64,000 nt of DNA, taken from a virus. The DNA lies in the IMG/VR virus record IMGVR_UViG_3300037516_001783, positions 1 to 64,000 of that record; one strand, given 5' to 3'. The notes under the pieces were generated by a model. That model had not been told where the DNA came from. It did not search any database and saw nothing but the letters and a program-made list of their open reading frames with translations. The position numbers and the translations under genes are program-made. Positions within the stretch are counted from its first letter, which is position 1. The number at the start of each line of letters is the position of its first letter. Shown here in pieces: positions 20,540-30,607 of the stretch.

Positions 20540-22435
20540 TTAATGTTTTGGTTCTACTGTTATTCCAACACTTTTAACTTCTCCTAATGCTCCTGTTAAT
20601 TCACCAAGACCTTTAGCTAAATCTGTCATAGATTCAGACAACATTTTACCAAAACCTCCTAACTCAGATTTCAAACCATCTAAAGAAGAAACTAATTGTT
20701 TTTCAACTGCATGTTTGAAACCTTTTGTGTCTTTTGAATATTGGTCCATTTCAGATACATCACCAACTTTTAACCCACCATTTGCATCGTAAGCGTCTAA
20801 CAATTGTTTCGATTTACTTAATGATGATATGTTAAAAGCACCTTGAACATCTCTTAATATAGAAAGTTGCCCAGCGTCTGTATCTGCGTACCCACCGTAT
20901 TCTTGTTTTAAATTCTTAATGAATTGGTTGATAATTTGTACACCTTGAGGATTACTCATATCTTCCATTTGCATAGCAACCTGTGTTGATGAAGCGTTTT
21001 GCCCTAAAACTTGTCTTGCTGCTCTAACATTCTTGAATTTATGTAAAGGGTCTGAAGCATTAGAGAAGCTTTGTTGCATACCTGAAACAAGGTCTCCAGC
21101 ATTATCACTATCTTTAAATATACCTCCTAAACCCATAACAGAATTCATGAATTTCATGTTATTCATAGAATCTGCTGATGAAACTTCACCTTTAATGTTC
21201 AAAGTTTTTTCTTGCATAGAAGTCAACTTTGACATGTATTTTGGTAATTGAGAAAGGTCTTTTCCTACACCCCTGTCGTCACCTAGTGTTATTCCAGTTT
21301 CTAACTTTTCTAACATTTTAGCAAACATATAAGTTCCAGAAAGAGAATCCATCTGCTCCTTACCTGTAAATGACTTTTCACCTGTTACATAGCTATCGAA
21401 AGTGTTATCCTTTCCTATACCCATGGTTTTCTGTAAAACCTTCTCGTCTAAAAATCTTTCTGTGATATCATATCCTGTCCTTGTTCGACCTGACATTTCA
21501 ACCATTTCATTTAATGCTTTTTCTAACTCATCAACTCCGGCAATACCAACACCCATTGATTTAGCACCTGTAAATGAATCAAGTGATTTCAACATGTTAC
21601 CCTTACCTAATGCTCCGGAAAGTTGATTAACAGTTTCACCTAATTTTTCACCACTTGTTACACCTTTCAGTAAAGTTGTAGCTATCATATCAAAAACACC
21701 CATTCCAGCAGAAGCTCCTTTAGACATACCTGATGCTCTGGCTGCTGCAAAAGTATTCATCCCACCTTGAGCGATATGAAGAGCATCACTTGCACCTCCA
21801 CCACCCATAGCTTCTGCTGCAGAACCTAAAACCTTCCCAGCAAATAAATTTTGAGCGAACTGTCTTTGAAACCTCTCTTCTGGAGTTTTGTATGTACCTT
21901 CAACTTGTTTATGCCAATCCTCAGCACTTTTAGCACGAACCCTTTCTTCGTTATACCTATCAGCACTTTCGTAATCTCCAACATTTTTCGCTTGTATTGC
22001 TTTTTTCTTGTACTGTTCTTGTACTTCTCTGAGTTGCTTTTCAGTTAAAGACCTGTATTCCCTGTGTCTTGAGTTATTCTCTTGATTCTGTTTATTTATA
22101 GCTTCAGAATTTTCTTTTAACCTTTGTGAGTTATCAGAAAATTGTTTTTCACCTTGCTTAAAATCTTGGAATTTTTGTGAAAAAGGGTTTGCATTTCCAG
22201 ATTTAAAATCTGCTCTTTCTTGACTTGAAAATTTACTTTCAAACTTTTCTCTTGCTTGTTTTGACCTTTGCTCTTCGTGTCTTTGTCTTTGAATTTCAGA
22301 CATAGAAGAAGTGTTAGTTGTATCTTTCCCAAGATACCTTTCATTGAATTTTGAAACCTCTTCATAAGCACTTTGCATCCTTTTTTTGAAGGAATCAAAG
22401 TTGGCTTCAAAATCTAAAACTATGGTCTTGTTCAT
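20540..22435 (-). CDS. Tape measure protein
   Basis: 631 aa, helical, A/G/M-rich; lies between the tail chaperones and the hub. Confidence 0.7.
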   Translation of the reverse strand: MNKTIVLDFEANFDSFKKRMQSAYEEVSKFNERYLGKDTTNTSSMSEIQRQRHEEQRSKQAREKFESKFSSQERADFKSGNANPFSQKFQDFKQGEKQFSDNSQRLKENSEAINKQNQENNSRHREYRSLTEKQLREVQEQYKKKAIQAKNVGDYESADRYNEERVRAKSAEDWHKQVEGTYKTPEERFQRQFAQNLFAGKVLGSAAEAMGGGGASDALHIAQGGMNTFAAARASGMSKGASAGMGVFDMIATTLLKGVTSGEKLGETVNQLSGALGKGNMLKSLDSFTGAKSMGVGIAGVDELEKALNEMVEMSGRTRTGYDITERFLDEKVLQKTMGIGKDNTFDSYVTGEKSFTGKEQMDSLSGTYMFAKMLEKLETGITLGDDRGVGKDLSQLPKYMSKLTSMQEKTLNIKGEVSSADSMNNMKFMNSVMGLGGIFKDSDNAGDLVSGMQQSFSNASDPLHKFKNVRAARQVLGQNASSTQVAMQMEDMSNPQGVQIINQFIKNLKQEYGGYADTDAGQLSILRDVQGAFNISSLSKSKQLLDAYDANGGLKVGDVSEMDQYSKDTKGFKHAVEKQLVSSLDGLKSELGGFGKMLSESMTDLAKGLGELTGALGEVKSVGITVEPKH

Positions 22436-22771
22436 TTACAAACTATTTATGTCAAAATCTTCAAAGTCTTTAAGTGTTTGTTCTCTTGTATTTTTCTCAA
22501 CAACACTACTTTTAAATAACTGTTCGTCGATGTTTTTTCCAATTTCTTTTAATTTCTTAGAAATTTCATCTTCAGCTATGAGTTGTTTTATTAATAAATC
22601 TTCTGTGTAATCAAATTTTATGTCAAACAAACACATTTTTCTGTGACTGTCTGACATAAAAGGGATGTTAAATTTTCTTCTCCAAATAATATCAAATGGA
22701 AATTTTGAATTCCATTGTTTTACTGAAATAATTAAATCAGATTCTGAATTACCTTTTAAAGAACTTTCCAA
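22436..22771 (-). CDS. Tail assembly chaperone (second)
   Basis: WN.KFP.D..WR.KFNIPF.S..HR motif; immediately upstream of the tape measure; TTG start uncertain. Confidence 0.55.
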   Translation of the reverse strand: MESSLKGNSESDLIISVKQWNSKFPFDIIWRRKFNIPFMSDSHRKMCLFDIKFDYTEDLLIKQLIAEDEISKKLKEIGKNIDEQLFKSSVVEKNTREQTLKDFEDFDINSL

Positions 22772-22775
22772 AATA

Positions 22776-23174
22776 CTACAAATCTATTTGACCTTCTTTA
22801 ACATCTTCAACATTTGGGATTTCAATTTCCTCGTCACGCATTAATTCCTTCATTAATTCATCCATCCAAGGTTTAATTTCCTCTCTCCAAGGCTTTAATA
22901 ATTTTTTAGCTATAATTGGGTCTAAATCATTATAATTCTTCACATTGAAGTCTTTTACAACTTCTGGAAGTAAAACCATGAAGTGTACAACAGCGTCAAC
23001 TAATTCTGTGATAACATAAGATTTATTTAAACCTGAACGGAGTAACTCTGGATAGGTATTGTTTGTCATACCCATTTTGTAAGTTTCAATGTCCATTAAT
23101 TGACCTACGTTTGGGAATTTAACAACAAATGATTTTCCGTCAACGTGTACATTAATTTGTTTTCTGATAGCCAT
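22776..23174 (-). CDS. Tail assembly chaperone (first)
   Basis: FPNVGQLMDIE motif; lies between tube and tape measure, as in Herelleviridae. Confidence 0.6.
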   Translation of the reverse strand: MAIRKQINVHVDGKSFVVKFPNVGQLMDIETYKMGMTNNTYPELLRSGLNKSYVITELVDAVVHFMVLLPEVVKDFNVKNYNDLDPIIAKKLLKPWREEIKPWMDELMKELMRDEEIEIPNVEDVKEGQIDL

Positions 23175-23222
23175 GTGACTTTTGTTTTTAGATTCTCTAA
23201 TTAATAACCTTGTTATAACACT

Positions 23223-24065
23223 TTAACTGTGATTTGCTAAAGATTTCTTTTCAGCCCAATATCTTTTAGCATTTTCAGATTTTATCAACCTAATCCTTTC
23301 ATTTTCTTCTGGTGTTCTACTATCCCATTTAGCTTTTCGTTTAGCTTTAATTTGGTCTTGTTGTTCAACAGTTTTACTTGTCCAATTTTCACTCTTTTTA
23401 TTGAAAGTTATTTCTTTGTCACTTTTACTCCTATTTTTATGACCTGTGGAAACTTTATTTCCGAATTCCTTAACTTTCTCTTCAGACCTTTCATCCCACT
23501 CCTTTTGTTTTGATTCTGATAATTTGTTATATCTAACAAGTTTTATTTCTTCAGGAGTATTTTCTAAGGTTTGTCTAAATTTTACTTTAGATTCTTGTGA
23601 ATGTTGTTTACCATAAAATGGATTTCCAATACCTTGTATTCTTTTTGATATCTTTTGTTTTTGTTCTTCTGAGAATCTATAACCTAACATGAATTTCTTT
23701 CCAATCATATCTGGTCTCGGGACGCCTTGTTTTGCTAAAGATATTTTCATCCTAACTTCTTCTGTCGGTCTTCCTCCTTCACCTCCTTCAGTTTGGTTAT
23801 ATCCAATTTTAGGATTAATTGAATTAAATTGTTTTATAAAGAATTTTTCTATCTCACATATATCCTCTCCTGATATTGATTGGTATAATTCACATATTTC
23901 AAAATTTTCAATACCATACTTCCTCATTGCATTGTGTAAATAGAACCCTTTACCACTATTAGCAGTTGATTTGTGAGAATCAAATCTTATTTGAATTGTC
24001 TTTCTTGTAAAACCGATATAAATTTTACCGTTAATTTTATTTCTTATTTTATAAATATAAGCCAT
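23223..24065 (-). mobile_element. Free-standing GIY-YIG homing endonuclease with NUMOD3-type repeats
   Basis: AYIYKIRN..NGKIYIG.T...RF..H, AMRKYG.ENF, GYN.T.GGEG, KIS..K, GNPFYGKQHS; probable ATG at 24065. Confidence 0.9.
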
Positions 24066-24071
24066 GATTAA

Positions 24072-24182
24072 AAAGAAAAAGTCTAAAACCAATTAAGCTA
24101 CCACACTTAAAAGGAATTAGACTTTTCTTTGTTTTGAAATTCTAATATTTGTTATAAGTGAATAGTGGTAGAATATTCACTT
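24072..24182 (-). ncRNA. Two-hairpin RNA with complementary loops (CUACCAC / GUGGUAG) in the endonuclease 5' leader
   Basis: Stems AAGUGAAUA/UAUUCACUU and AAAGAAAAGUCUAA..UUAAG/CUUAA..UUAGACUUUU read directly from the sequence. Confidence 0.6.
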
Positions 24183-24215
24183 TTTATTTCACAACTAATT
24201 AATTATCAAGGTTTT

Positions 24216-24740
24216 TTAGAACGAGGGATATATGATTGGAGTAGTGTACTCAAATTCGACGTCCCTTGATGAAATGCTTGATTCTGAAATATTAAACCCT
24301 TCTCTTGTTAAGAAACAACCTTTGATAGAAGCAAAAACTTCGTAATCTCCAGTAATATTTCTTTGAATGAAGTTAGGGTCAGGTGATACGTTTGGAAACA
24401 AAGCGTCTGGTTGTTGAATAGATTTTACCCTTTTCAAAATATCAATCTGAACACCATCTTCTTGTAACAAAACATTATTTGCCCACTCATCAATTGTTTT
24501 AGCAATCCTGTTAATCGCTCCTGGAATCATAGACTTTTTCAAATCTATTGTCATGAATTCACATGACAAAGTTCCACTCCATTCAATTGCTGGTAACTCG
24601 TCAATATTTAGTTGACCCAAGCTTCTAACTGCACCTCTACGAATAGATTCAGTACAGCGAATACTTCTCATTTTACCAATTACTATACCATTAACTTTGA
24701 TGACTGCCAATGGTGCCGTTAAAACTCTATTATTAGACAT
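24216..24740 (-). CDS. Tail tube protein (Herelleviridae-like)
   Basis: IKVNG..IG.M.S....E.....V..LG.....E.....WSGTL ... IKGC ... EFEY; directly after the sheath. Confidence 0.8.
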   Translation of the reverse strand: MSNNRVLTAPLAVIKVNGIVIGKMRSIRCTESIRRGAVRSLGQLNIDELPAIEWSGTLSCEFMTIDLKKSMIPGAINRIAKTIDEWANNVLLQEDGVQIDILKRVKSIQQPDALFPNVSPDPNFIQRNITGDYEVFASIKGCFLTREGFNISESSISSRDVEFEYTTPIIYPSF

Positions 24741-24751
24741 ATGTATTTTTA

Positions 24752-26758
24752 TTAAAATTTAGCGTCAAGCGTTACACCTGTGAATAACAATTTGTTAATT
24801 GGACCATTAGGTACATAACCGAAAGTAACATTCCAAGCATCACCATCTAAAGAAACTTTAACATCTTGGAATGAAATAATTAAATTATCTTTTCCGTTGT
24901 TAACAGTTCTGAAAGTTAAGTAATTTTCTGTAAATAACTTAACATCAATTGGTGAAGCAGTACTGTAATTTCCACCTACAAATAACACCCTTGAATTTAA
25001 ACATAATTCTTTTATCAATTGAGCATTGATTCTTTCGATACTCAATTCATAAGAATTACCTTCTGTATCTACAAGGTTATCATTTTTCTGTAAGGTATTA
25101 ATAGATTGATTTACAATCCAATTTTTACCATTTACAAATCTTAAGTGCCAAACGCCACCAAGCAAACATTTCTCTCTTTCAGACTTGTTTAAGTCATGAA
25201 TTGGATAGCTAATATCTAAATCCTTCCAAGTAGTTGGTACTTGAGGTTCTAATCCTGCAGTACGTCCTAATGCTATTGCAGCATGATAGAAAGAACTTAA
25301 CTTTTGCTCACCACCACCTATTTTTGGTCTAACAATACCACTATGAACAACAATAGTGTTTTTAGAGTTGTAGCTTTTTGCTATATCTAAAGAACCGTTT
25401 GTTCCGTTCAATTCGTTACTACTGTAACCACCTCCAATAAATGCAAATTTAGCAAATTCAGAATTAGCTTTAATGAAAGATAATATTTTATTGTTATTAA
25501 CACTTTTAGCATTAACACCATAATTATCTAACAAGAAGAAAGTGTTATCCTCTTCAGTAATTTCTTGTAAAACTCTATCGATATCACCAGAACTGTAAGA
25601 TTCAGTACCACCTGTAGCAATAGTGTAATTAGCATAAGTTGCTAAGTCAGCACTATCAATAAGACCAGAACCATTTACAGTTGTTGATAATTGGAAGTAA
25701 GACAAGAAATTGAAATTAACTTGAGCCCAAGTGTTAAATTCATTGATTGATGAGAATTCAGGTGACTGAACTATCAATTTCTCAGTTGAATTTGCAATAG
25801 AACCTTGACCATAAACATCACTGTAATCAGAAATTGTCCAATACTGATAAGTCATATCAGTTGCAGGATTTCTATTTATGTTAGAACCTGAAACTGAAGT
25901 GAAAACAAAACCATTGTAATAAACAGACTGACCAGCACTGTAAGTTGTGGTTGAATTCCAAGTAGGAATGTTAAAACTTGGTTCTAAGTTATTTACACCT
26001 CTGTAAGTACCTTCATAGAAGTTCAGTACAAACTTGTTAGTATCTAAAATACCAGATGTCATTTTAACACCATAACCTTTTAACAATTTGCCATTTAAGG
26101 TTACACCATTTCCAGAAAGACCTTCACTAACAACTTTGATTGTTAATACACCACCTTGAGTTTGTGCGAATTGACCTTTAAAAGCAATACCACTATTTGT
26201 TGTTGCAGCATTCGCAGTGAACTGTAATGAAGTATCACTATCTATTGTTAATACCGTACCAATTAAAACATTTGCTGAAGTTTTAATGATATCACCAACT
26301 CTTAACTCAGAAAGGAATTTTGTACTAACACCTGTTACTGAAGCTGAAGCAGTTGAAGTTGATATCGTTCCTGTTTTTGTTATATTACCACTTCCAGATA
26401 CTGTTAACACTATTTCAGGTGCAGTAGTTGTAGAAGCCTTAACAACCTGAACAGCAGAAGCACCATTACCTGTTTTAGAAGGTGAGAACAAGTAATCAGC
26501 TATATCCCAAAGGACACCACCTTTTACGAAATTCTTGAAAGTAGTTTTTTCTGTAAATTCATAAACAGTATTTTTGCCATTAGCTAATTGACCATTAACA
26601 CCAGCACCTCCACCAAAGTAAGAACCTATCCCTGTATCGATAATCATTACCTTACCAAAATCAGCTGCAGATTGTCTTTGAGTAGTACCGTTGACAGTTC
26701 TTCCGTAACTTCCAGGTTCTAAGATAGACCTGTTACCAAATTGAATTCTTATTGCCAT
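24752..26758 (-). CDS. Tail sheath protein with inserted domains
   Basis: I.EPGSY N-terminus, GG.L, P.TWK, CLLGG, QSINT, PINK C-terminus; indicates a contractile tail. Confidence 0.9.
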   Translation of the reverse strand: MAIRIQFGNRSILEPGSYGRTVNGTTQRQSAADFGKVMIIDTGIGSYFGGGAGVNGQLANGKNTVYEFTEKTTFKNFVKGGVLWDIADYLFSPSKTGNGASAVQVVKASTTTAPEIVLTVSGSGNITKTGTISTSTASASVTGVSTKFLSELRVGDIIKTSANVLIGTVLTIDSDTSLQFTANAATTNSGIAFKGQFAQTQGGVLTIKVVSEGLSGNGVTLNGKLLKGYGVKMTSGILDTNKFVLNFYEGTYRGVNNLEPSFNIPTWNSTTTYSAGQSVYYNGFVFTSVSGSNINRNPATDMTYQYWTISDYSDVYGQGSIANSTEKLIVQSPEFSSINEFNTWAQVNFNFLSYFQLSTTVNGSGLIDSADLATYANYTIATGGTESYSSGDIDRVLQEITEEDNTFFLLDNYGVNAKSVNNNKILSFIKANSEFAKFAFIGGGYSSNELNGTNGSLDIAKSYNSKNTIVVHSGIVRPKIGGGEQKLSSFYHAAIALGRTAGLEPQVPTTWKDLDISYPIHDLNKSEREKCLLGGVWHLRFVNGKNWIVNQSINTLQKNDNLVDTEGNSYELSIERINAQLIKELCLNSRVLFVGGNYSTASPIDVKLFTENYLTFRTVNNGKDNLIISFQDVKVSLDGDAWNVTFGYVPNGPINKLLFTGVTLDAKF

Positions 26759-26760
26759 GA

Positions 26761-27000
26761 TTATTGTTTTTTACTTTTAACAATTTGTTCTTCCTCTTTA
26801 ACTTCAACAATTGTATCTTCAACAACTTCGTCAAAATCAGAAGAATATTCAAAATTGAAGTTACCTGATAACTTTAGAAACCAATCTCTTGGAGTAAAAA
26901 GCTTATCAACACCATACATTTTAACCAAAACTGCAGTATCGTTTTGATTTAATTTGTAGACATTTATGAATGATAATATGTTCATTTTCTCCATTTTCAT
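26761..27000 (-). CDS. Small hypothetical protein upstream of the sheath
   Basis: ORF track; has its own AACAGTTAT motif at 27012-27020. Confidence 0.55.
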   Translation of the reverse strand: MKMEKMNILSFINVYKLNQNDTAVLVKMYGVDKLFTPRDWFLKLSGNFNFEYSSDFDEVVEDTIVEVKEEEQIVKSKKQ

Positions 27001-27011
27001 ATAATTTATGT

Positions 27012-27020
27012 ATAACTGTT
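27012..27020 (-). promoter_or_regulatory. Candidate late promoter AACAGTTAT
   Basis: Recurrent motif heading the sheath/tube operon. Confidence 0.55.
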
Positions 27021-27039
27021 TTTGGTTATGCTGTTATTC

Positions 27040-27714
27040 CTAATAACTTGACGCTTGAGGATTTACTTCAAACATTTTCACCAATTTGTGTCTCATAACT
27101 TCAGATACTGTACTTTCATAGAAGAAACTTACTGATATGTTTCTGTTGTAGACATTCTGTGGTAACAAATCAGTGTTCAGTTGTAAATCTTGACCAGAAA
27201 TCTTTGGTTGTCTTAAACCCATATTTTCAAAATGTTCAAATATAGCAAACATGAAATTTTTCAAAACATGGTAAATTAAAACAACTTCAGAACTGTTATC
27301 TGAAGTGATTAACATATTGTAATTTGAATCAAAAACATTTGTGAAATTTCTTTTGTATTCACCTTCATCTCCAAAAATGTTATACTGTTTATAACCTTCA
27401 CCCATACCTATGCCAACCTCACCACTAGTTTCAGAAGGTAGTAAAATATGAATTGTTGGTAATCCTTTTCTTTCTGTATTGTATCCTACATTAACAGTCA
27501 ACTTCCTAGATTCATCTTCATTTTTCAAGAATAAATTTTTACCTTGTTCATAGTAACTAAATTTATTCATTGTTATTTCCATACCATTGTCATCTTGAAA
27601 AAGGAACTCATGTAATACAGAATTCTTTTCATCTGCTTGACTTTCGAAATCAGATTTTATTAAATCTAAAATAGTCTTTACTGTATAGTGTAATATTACT
27701 TCTGGAATTAACAT
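27040..27714 (-). CDS. Tail terminator / neck protein
   Basis: P.IHILLPSE, I.S.N..EV..IY..LK, Y.RNI motifs; position before the sheath. Confidence 0.6.
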   Translation of the reverse strand: MLIPEVILHYTVKTILDLIKSDFESQADEKNSVLHEFLFQDDNGMEITMNKFSYYEQGKNLFLKNEDESRKLTVNVGYNTERKGLPTIHILLPSETSGEVGIGMGEGYKQYNIFGDEGEYKRNFTNVFDSNYNMLITSDNSSEVVLIYHVLKNFMFAIFEHFENMGLRQPKISGQDLQLNTDLLPQNVYNRNISVSFFYESTVSEVMRHKLVKMFEVNPQASSY

Positions 27715-28133
27715 AATAAATTATTAAAGGCTTTTTCTAATTGTGAAAATATGGTTGACATATGCTTATCATCTTCATGATAAGATTCTTTATTAGCAAT
27801 GTTTGTTTTTGAAAAGTTTATATTAAACTGATGTATCCTATCTAATCTAAACAATCTCCAATACGGTACTGCTTGGCTCTTACTTACACCTTCATTTAGG
27901 TATGCTCTCAGAATCAAATTTTCAGTACTTCTGTGAATACCGAAAGCCACAGGAGTTATACTTCTATAACCGTTAAGAACTACTCCAGCATCTTCATTTT
28001 CTTCATATAAAATATCCATTTTGAACTTATTATTAATACAATAATTTATTGTATCGTTTAAATTCATAATGTTTTTAATCCTTGGTAATCTCTTAATCCT
28101 TACATTACCAGATATGTCTTTAAATCTACTCAT
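27708..28133 (-). CDS. Stand-alone WYL-domain protein with a C-terminal EKAFNNLL tag
   Basis: I.Y ... R.I.P.AFG ... LRAY ... WRLFRLDRI is the WYL signature. Confidence 0.8.
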   Translation of the reverse strand: MSRFKDISGNVRIKRLPRIKNIMNLNDTINYCINNKFKMDILYEENEDAGVVLNGYRSITPVAFGIHRSTENLILRAYLNEGVSKSQAVPYWRLFRLDRIHQFNINFSKTNIANKESYHEDDKHMSTIFSQLEKAFNNLLC

Positions 28134-28843
28134 GTGAATAAGAGGTCTATTGAATCGTCTATTATTTTAGCAACATCTGTTTGTTGCCAAGCTTTATCCA
28201 TAAAATTCCTTGCTGTGATGCCTCTATTTATCCAACTATTTGGTGGAGATTTATCACTAACTCTTCTGAAAGTGTTGTATGAATTCAAACCTGAATTCAT
28301 TTTAGTTGTTTTTATACCTTCAAAAATACTTGCTTTGTGTTGGTATTCTTCAAAAACATGACCAACACTATTTTCAACTCTTGGTCTGGAATTTGGTGGG
28401 TAGTTTTTCAAGTCAGGTTTTCTCCCAGCTTTTATTGCTCTGTAAATACTCCATGACATTACAGCAGAAGTTTCGGCTCCTGTTGAATTTGGTGTACCTA
28501 TTGAAAATGGTATTGTTAAATACCAACCCCCATCTTTTTTCCTTTTTATCTTATAACTTTTTGAAAATCCTATTTTCATGTCATAAGGCTCTCCTCCTCC
28601 TTCAATTGCATTTGCCATCAAACCTTTTAAGTAGATTTGATTTTTTGTTACAACAATTGAATTCAAATAAATACCTTTTGTAGACCGTAATTCGTTACTT
28701 ACAATTTTGATTAAATTTTTATGAACTTCGTGTAAAATAGAAGACCTGACAACATTAGCGTATGCTTTTATTTCTGACCTTGAAATATCATATTCCGACA
28801 GGACAGCTTTTACAGGTGCTAAGTTTATCTTTAAATTTGCCAT
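28130..28843 (-). CDS. Neck / tail-completion protein (Herelleviridae-like)
   Basis: PYDMK.GF, GWYLTIPF, Y.TFRRVSDKSPP.SWI motifs. Confidence 0.7.
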   Translation of the reverse strand: MANLKINLAPVKAVLSEYDISRSEIKAYANVVRSSILHEVHKNLIKIVSNELRSTKGIYLNSIVVTKNQIYLKGLMANAIEGGGEPYDMKIGFSKSYKIKRKKDGGWYLTIPFSIGTPNSTGAETSAVMSWSIYRAIKAGRKPDLKNYPPNSRPRVENSVGHVFEEYQHKASIFEGIKTTKMNSGLNSYNTFRRVSDKSPPNSWINRGITARNFMDKAWQQTDVAKIIDDSIDLLFT

Positions 28844-29718
28844 TACAACAACCCTTCCTCTACGATTGTTTCACTTACGTCTTTTTTATTCACTTTTGTG
28901 TAGTCAGTATTATCATATTCCTTTAATCCTTGAAGATTATCAGCATTCCACACGTAATGTAACCTTCTCCCTATACTTTTTTGAGGTGCACCTGTTAAAC
29001 CATCTCCCTCATCACTTTCATGATTACCACAGTCAGAAGAACTTTTTGTTTTGAATAACTCTCTTTGTATATCTGTAATACAATAAACAGGTGTATGTTT
29101 ATACCTTACTGTTACTGTTACATCTGTAGAAGTAATTCTATCTTTGTTGAAAAAGATTTTGTTTTTTTCAATATAATAATCCCATTGAGAACCTTTTTCT
29201 TCTTTAGAGTATAAAGGTATCAAAGGTTGTGTTGGGCTGTTAAACATGTATATGTTCATCACCCTTAAAGGTGAATATGTTGTAAATGCAAATAACTTAT
29301 CATTGTATTTTTGTAAAAATAATACTTGAGAGAAGTTACTTTCCAAATCTTCAATTTCAAATTTATCCATGTACGTAACATCATCAACAAACATGGTTGT
29401 TATTGTTGCTGTTCCAGGATTAGATTCAGTCCAATTTTCAAATTTCTTTGAATTTGTCATATTCTGAACTAAAGCTTTAGTTCTTTTCTTGTCTATATAA
29501 AACCAACCAAGACCTGAGCAAGTTTGACAATTTGGTAATGGTGAATGTGTTTCTCTATTCATACATGGACATTTTAATGCCCTGTAATGTATCACATTAT
29601 AACCTTTCTGTATAATAACAGAATCAAACCTATTTATGTTAAAATTAACAGGTTGATGTTTTTCAACTTCATTGTTATTATAAACTCTTGTAATTAACTT
29701 TTTTTCGGTCTTTTCCAT
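28843..29718 (-). CDS. Neck / head-closure protein (Herelleviridae-like)
   Basis: ALKCPC...C.TC.G.GWFY motif, GTA.IT. Confidence 0.7.
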   Translation of the reverse strand: MEKTEKKLITRVYNNNEVEKHQPVNFNINRFDSVIIQKGYNVIHYRALKCPCMNRETHSPLPNCQTCSGLGWFYIDKKRTKALVQNMTNSKKFENWTESNPGTATITTMFVDDVTYMDKFEIEDLESNFSQVLFLQKYNDKLFAFTTYSPLRVMNIYMFNSPTQPLIPLYSKEEKGSQWDYYIEKNKIFFNKDRITSTDVTVTVRYKHTPVYCITDIQRELFKTKSSSDCGNHESDEGDGLTGAPQKSIGRRLHYVWNADNLQGLKEYDNTDYTKVNKKDVSETIVEEGLL

Positions 29719-29719
29719 A

Positions 29720-30547
29720 TTACATACAGTCCATAATCATACCTCTGTATTTAGCTTTCAACCCATCTATTGAACCAGCAAATGTTTTACCATCACCAAA
29801 CAAATCAGTCATATACTGTTTTATTCTTGAACCGTAAATACCACTTTCAGTACTTTTCAATAAAGAAGTGTTTTGACTTAGACCATCTAAGCTTATTGAG
29901 TAACTACTCATCCCAACATTATTATATGTATCACCTAACATAGCAAGAAGTTGTATAGCAACTAATTTACCAACAGTTGATACAAGTTGTTTTGGTACTA
30001 CGGAGAATCCTGTTATGTATGTTGAAACCCAATAGTTTGGTATGTATTTCAAACCTAACATATTTGCAAAAGGAACAACACCATTGAAAGTAACACCCTG
30101 TGATGAAGGGTTACCTGTTGAGCCACTTGGTATAACATGTATTTGTCTAAAAATAACATCATTGTCAACAGTTTGTGAACTACTTTCGTACCTAACATTT
30201 AACCAATTAGAAGGATATCCGATTTGTTTAACTTGGTTGTAATAACCTTCTAATTGTAGTGCTTTTTTTACATTGTAAGAAGTTTTTACAAAAGACCAAG
30301 AATTCCATTCTTGAAACATAAAATTAGATGTTTCTCTAATTATTTGCTCCTTGAATTTAATGTATAAAAGTGATTCTATTAATTCTTGTGCGTCTATAAT
30401 CCTATCTGAAATTATATTTTGTGACAGTTGTTTACCTTTTGAATCACAAATTGGAATACCAAAAAGATACTTTTCTATCACTTCAGAAGGACTTATTATA
30501 AGGTCTGTATTGACATTATAAGGTATGTTAAAATGTAGCTTCCCCAT
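29720..30547 (-). CDS. Head-tail adaptor / neck protein
   Basis: YLFGI, P....STYITGF, G.SSYSISLDGLSQ ... YG.RI.QY; probable ATG at 30547. Confidence 0.7.
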   Translation of the reverse strand: MGKLHFNIPYNVNTDLIISPSEVIEKYLFGIPICDSKGKQLSQNIISDRIIDAQELIESLLYIKFKEQIIRETSNFMFQEWNSWSFVKTSYNVKKALQLEGYYNQVKQIGYPSNWLNVRYESSSQTVDNDVIFRQIHVIPSGSTGNPSSQGVTFNGVVPFANMLGLKYIPNYWVSTYITGFSVVPKQLVSTVGKLVAIQLLAMLGDTYNNVGMSSYSISLDGLSQNTSLLKSTESGIYGSRIKQYMTDLFGDGKTFAGSIDGLKAKYRGMIMDCM

Positions 30548-30577
30548 GTTGTTTTTATAACTGCTTGTTACTAAATA

Positions 30578-30607
30578 CAAAAAGTTGGCTTTTACACCAA
30601 CTTTTTG
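30578..30607 (-). terminator. Intrinsic terminator
   Basis: CAAAAAGTTGG ... CCAACTTTTTG inverted repeat. Confidence 0.65.

Noticed and set aside
22436-23174. Programmed -1 frameshift joining the two tail chaperones (lambda G/GT style)
   Set aside because: The second ORF is in the +1 frame with an in-frame TAG a few codons upstream. The -1 frame and stop-readthrough both close within a few codons, and no slippery heptamer is visible.
23175-24215. Group I intron housing the GIY-YIG gene
   Set aside because: The flanking tube and chaperone genes look complete, the non-coding flanks are short (~150 and ~50 nt), and no P7-type core is visible. It is better read as free-standing.
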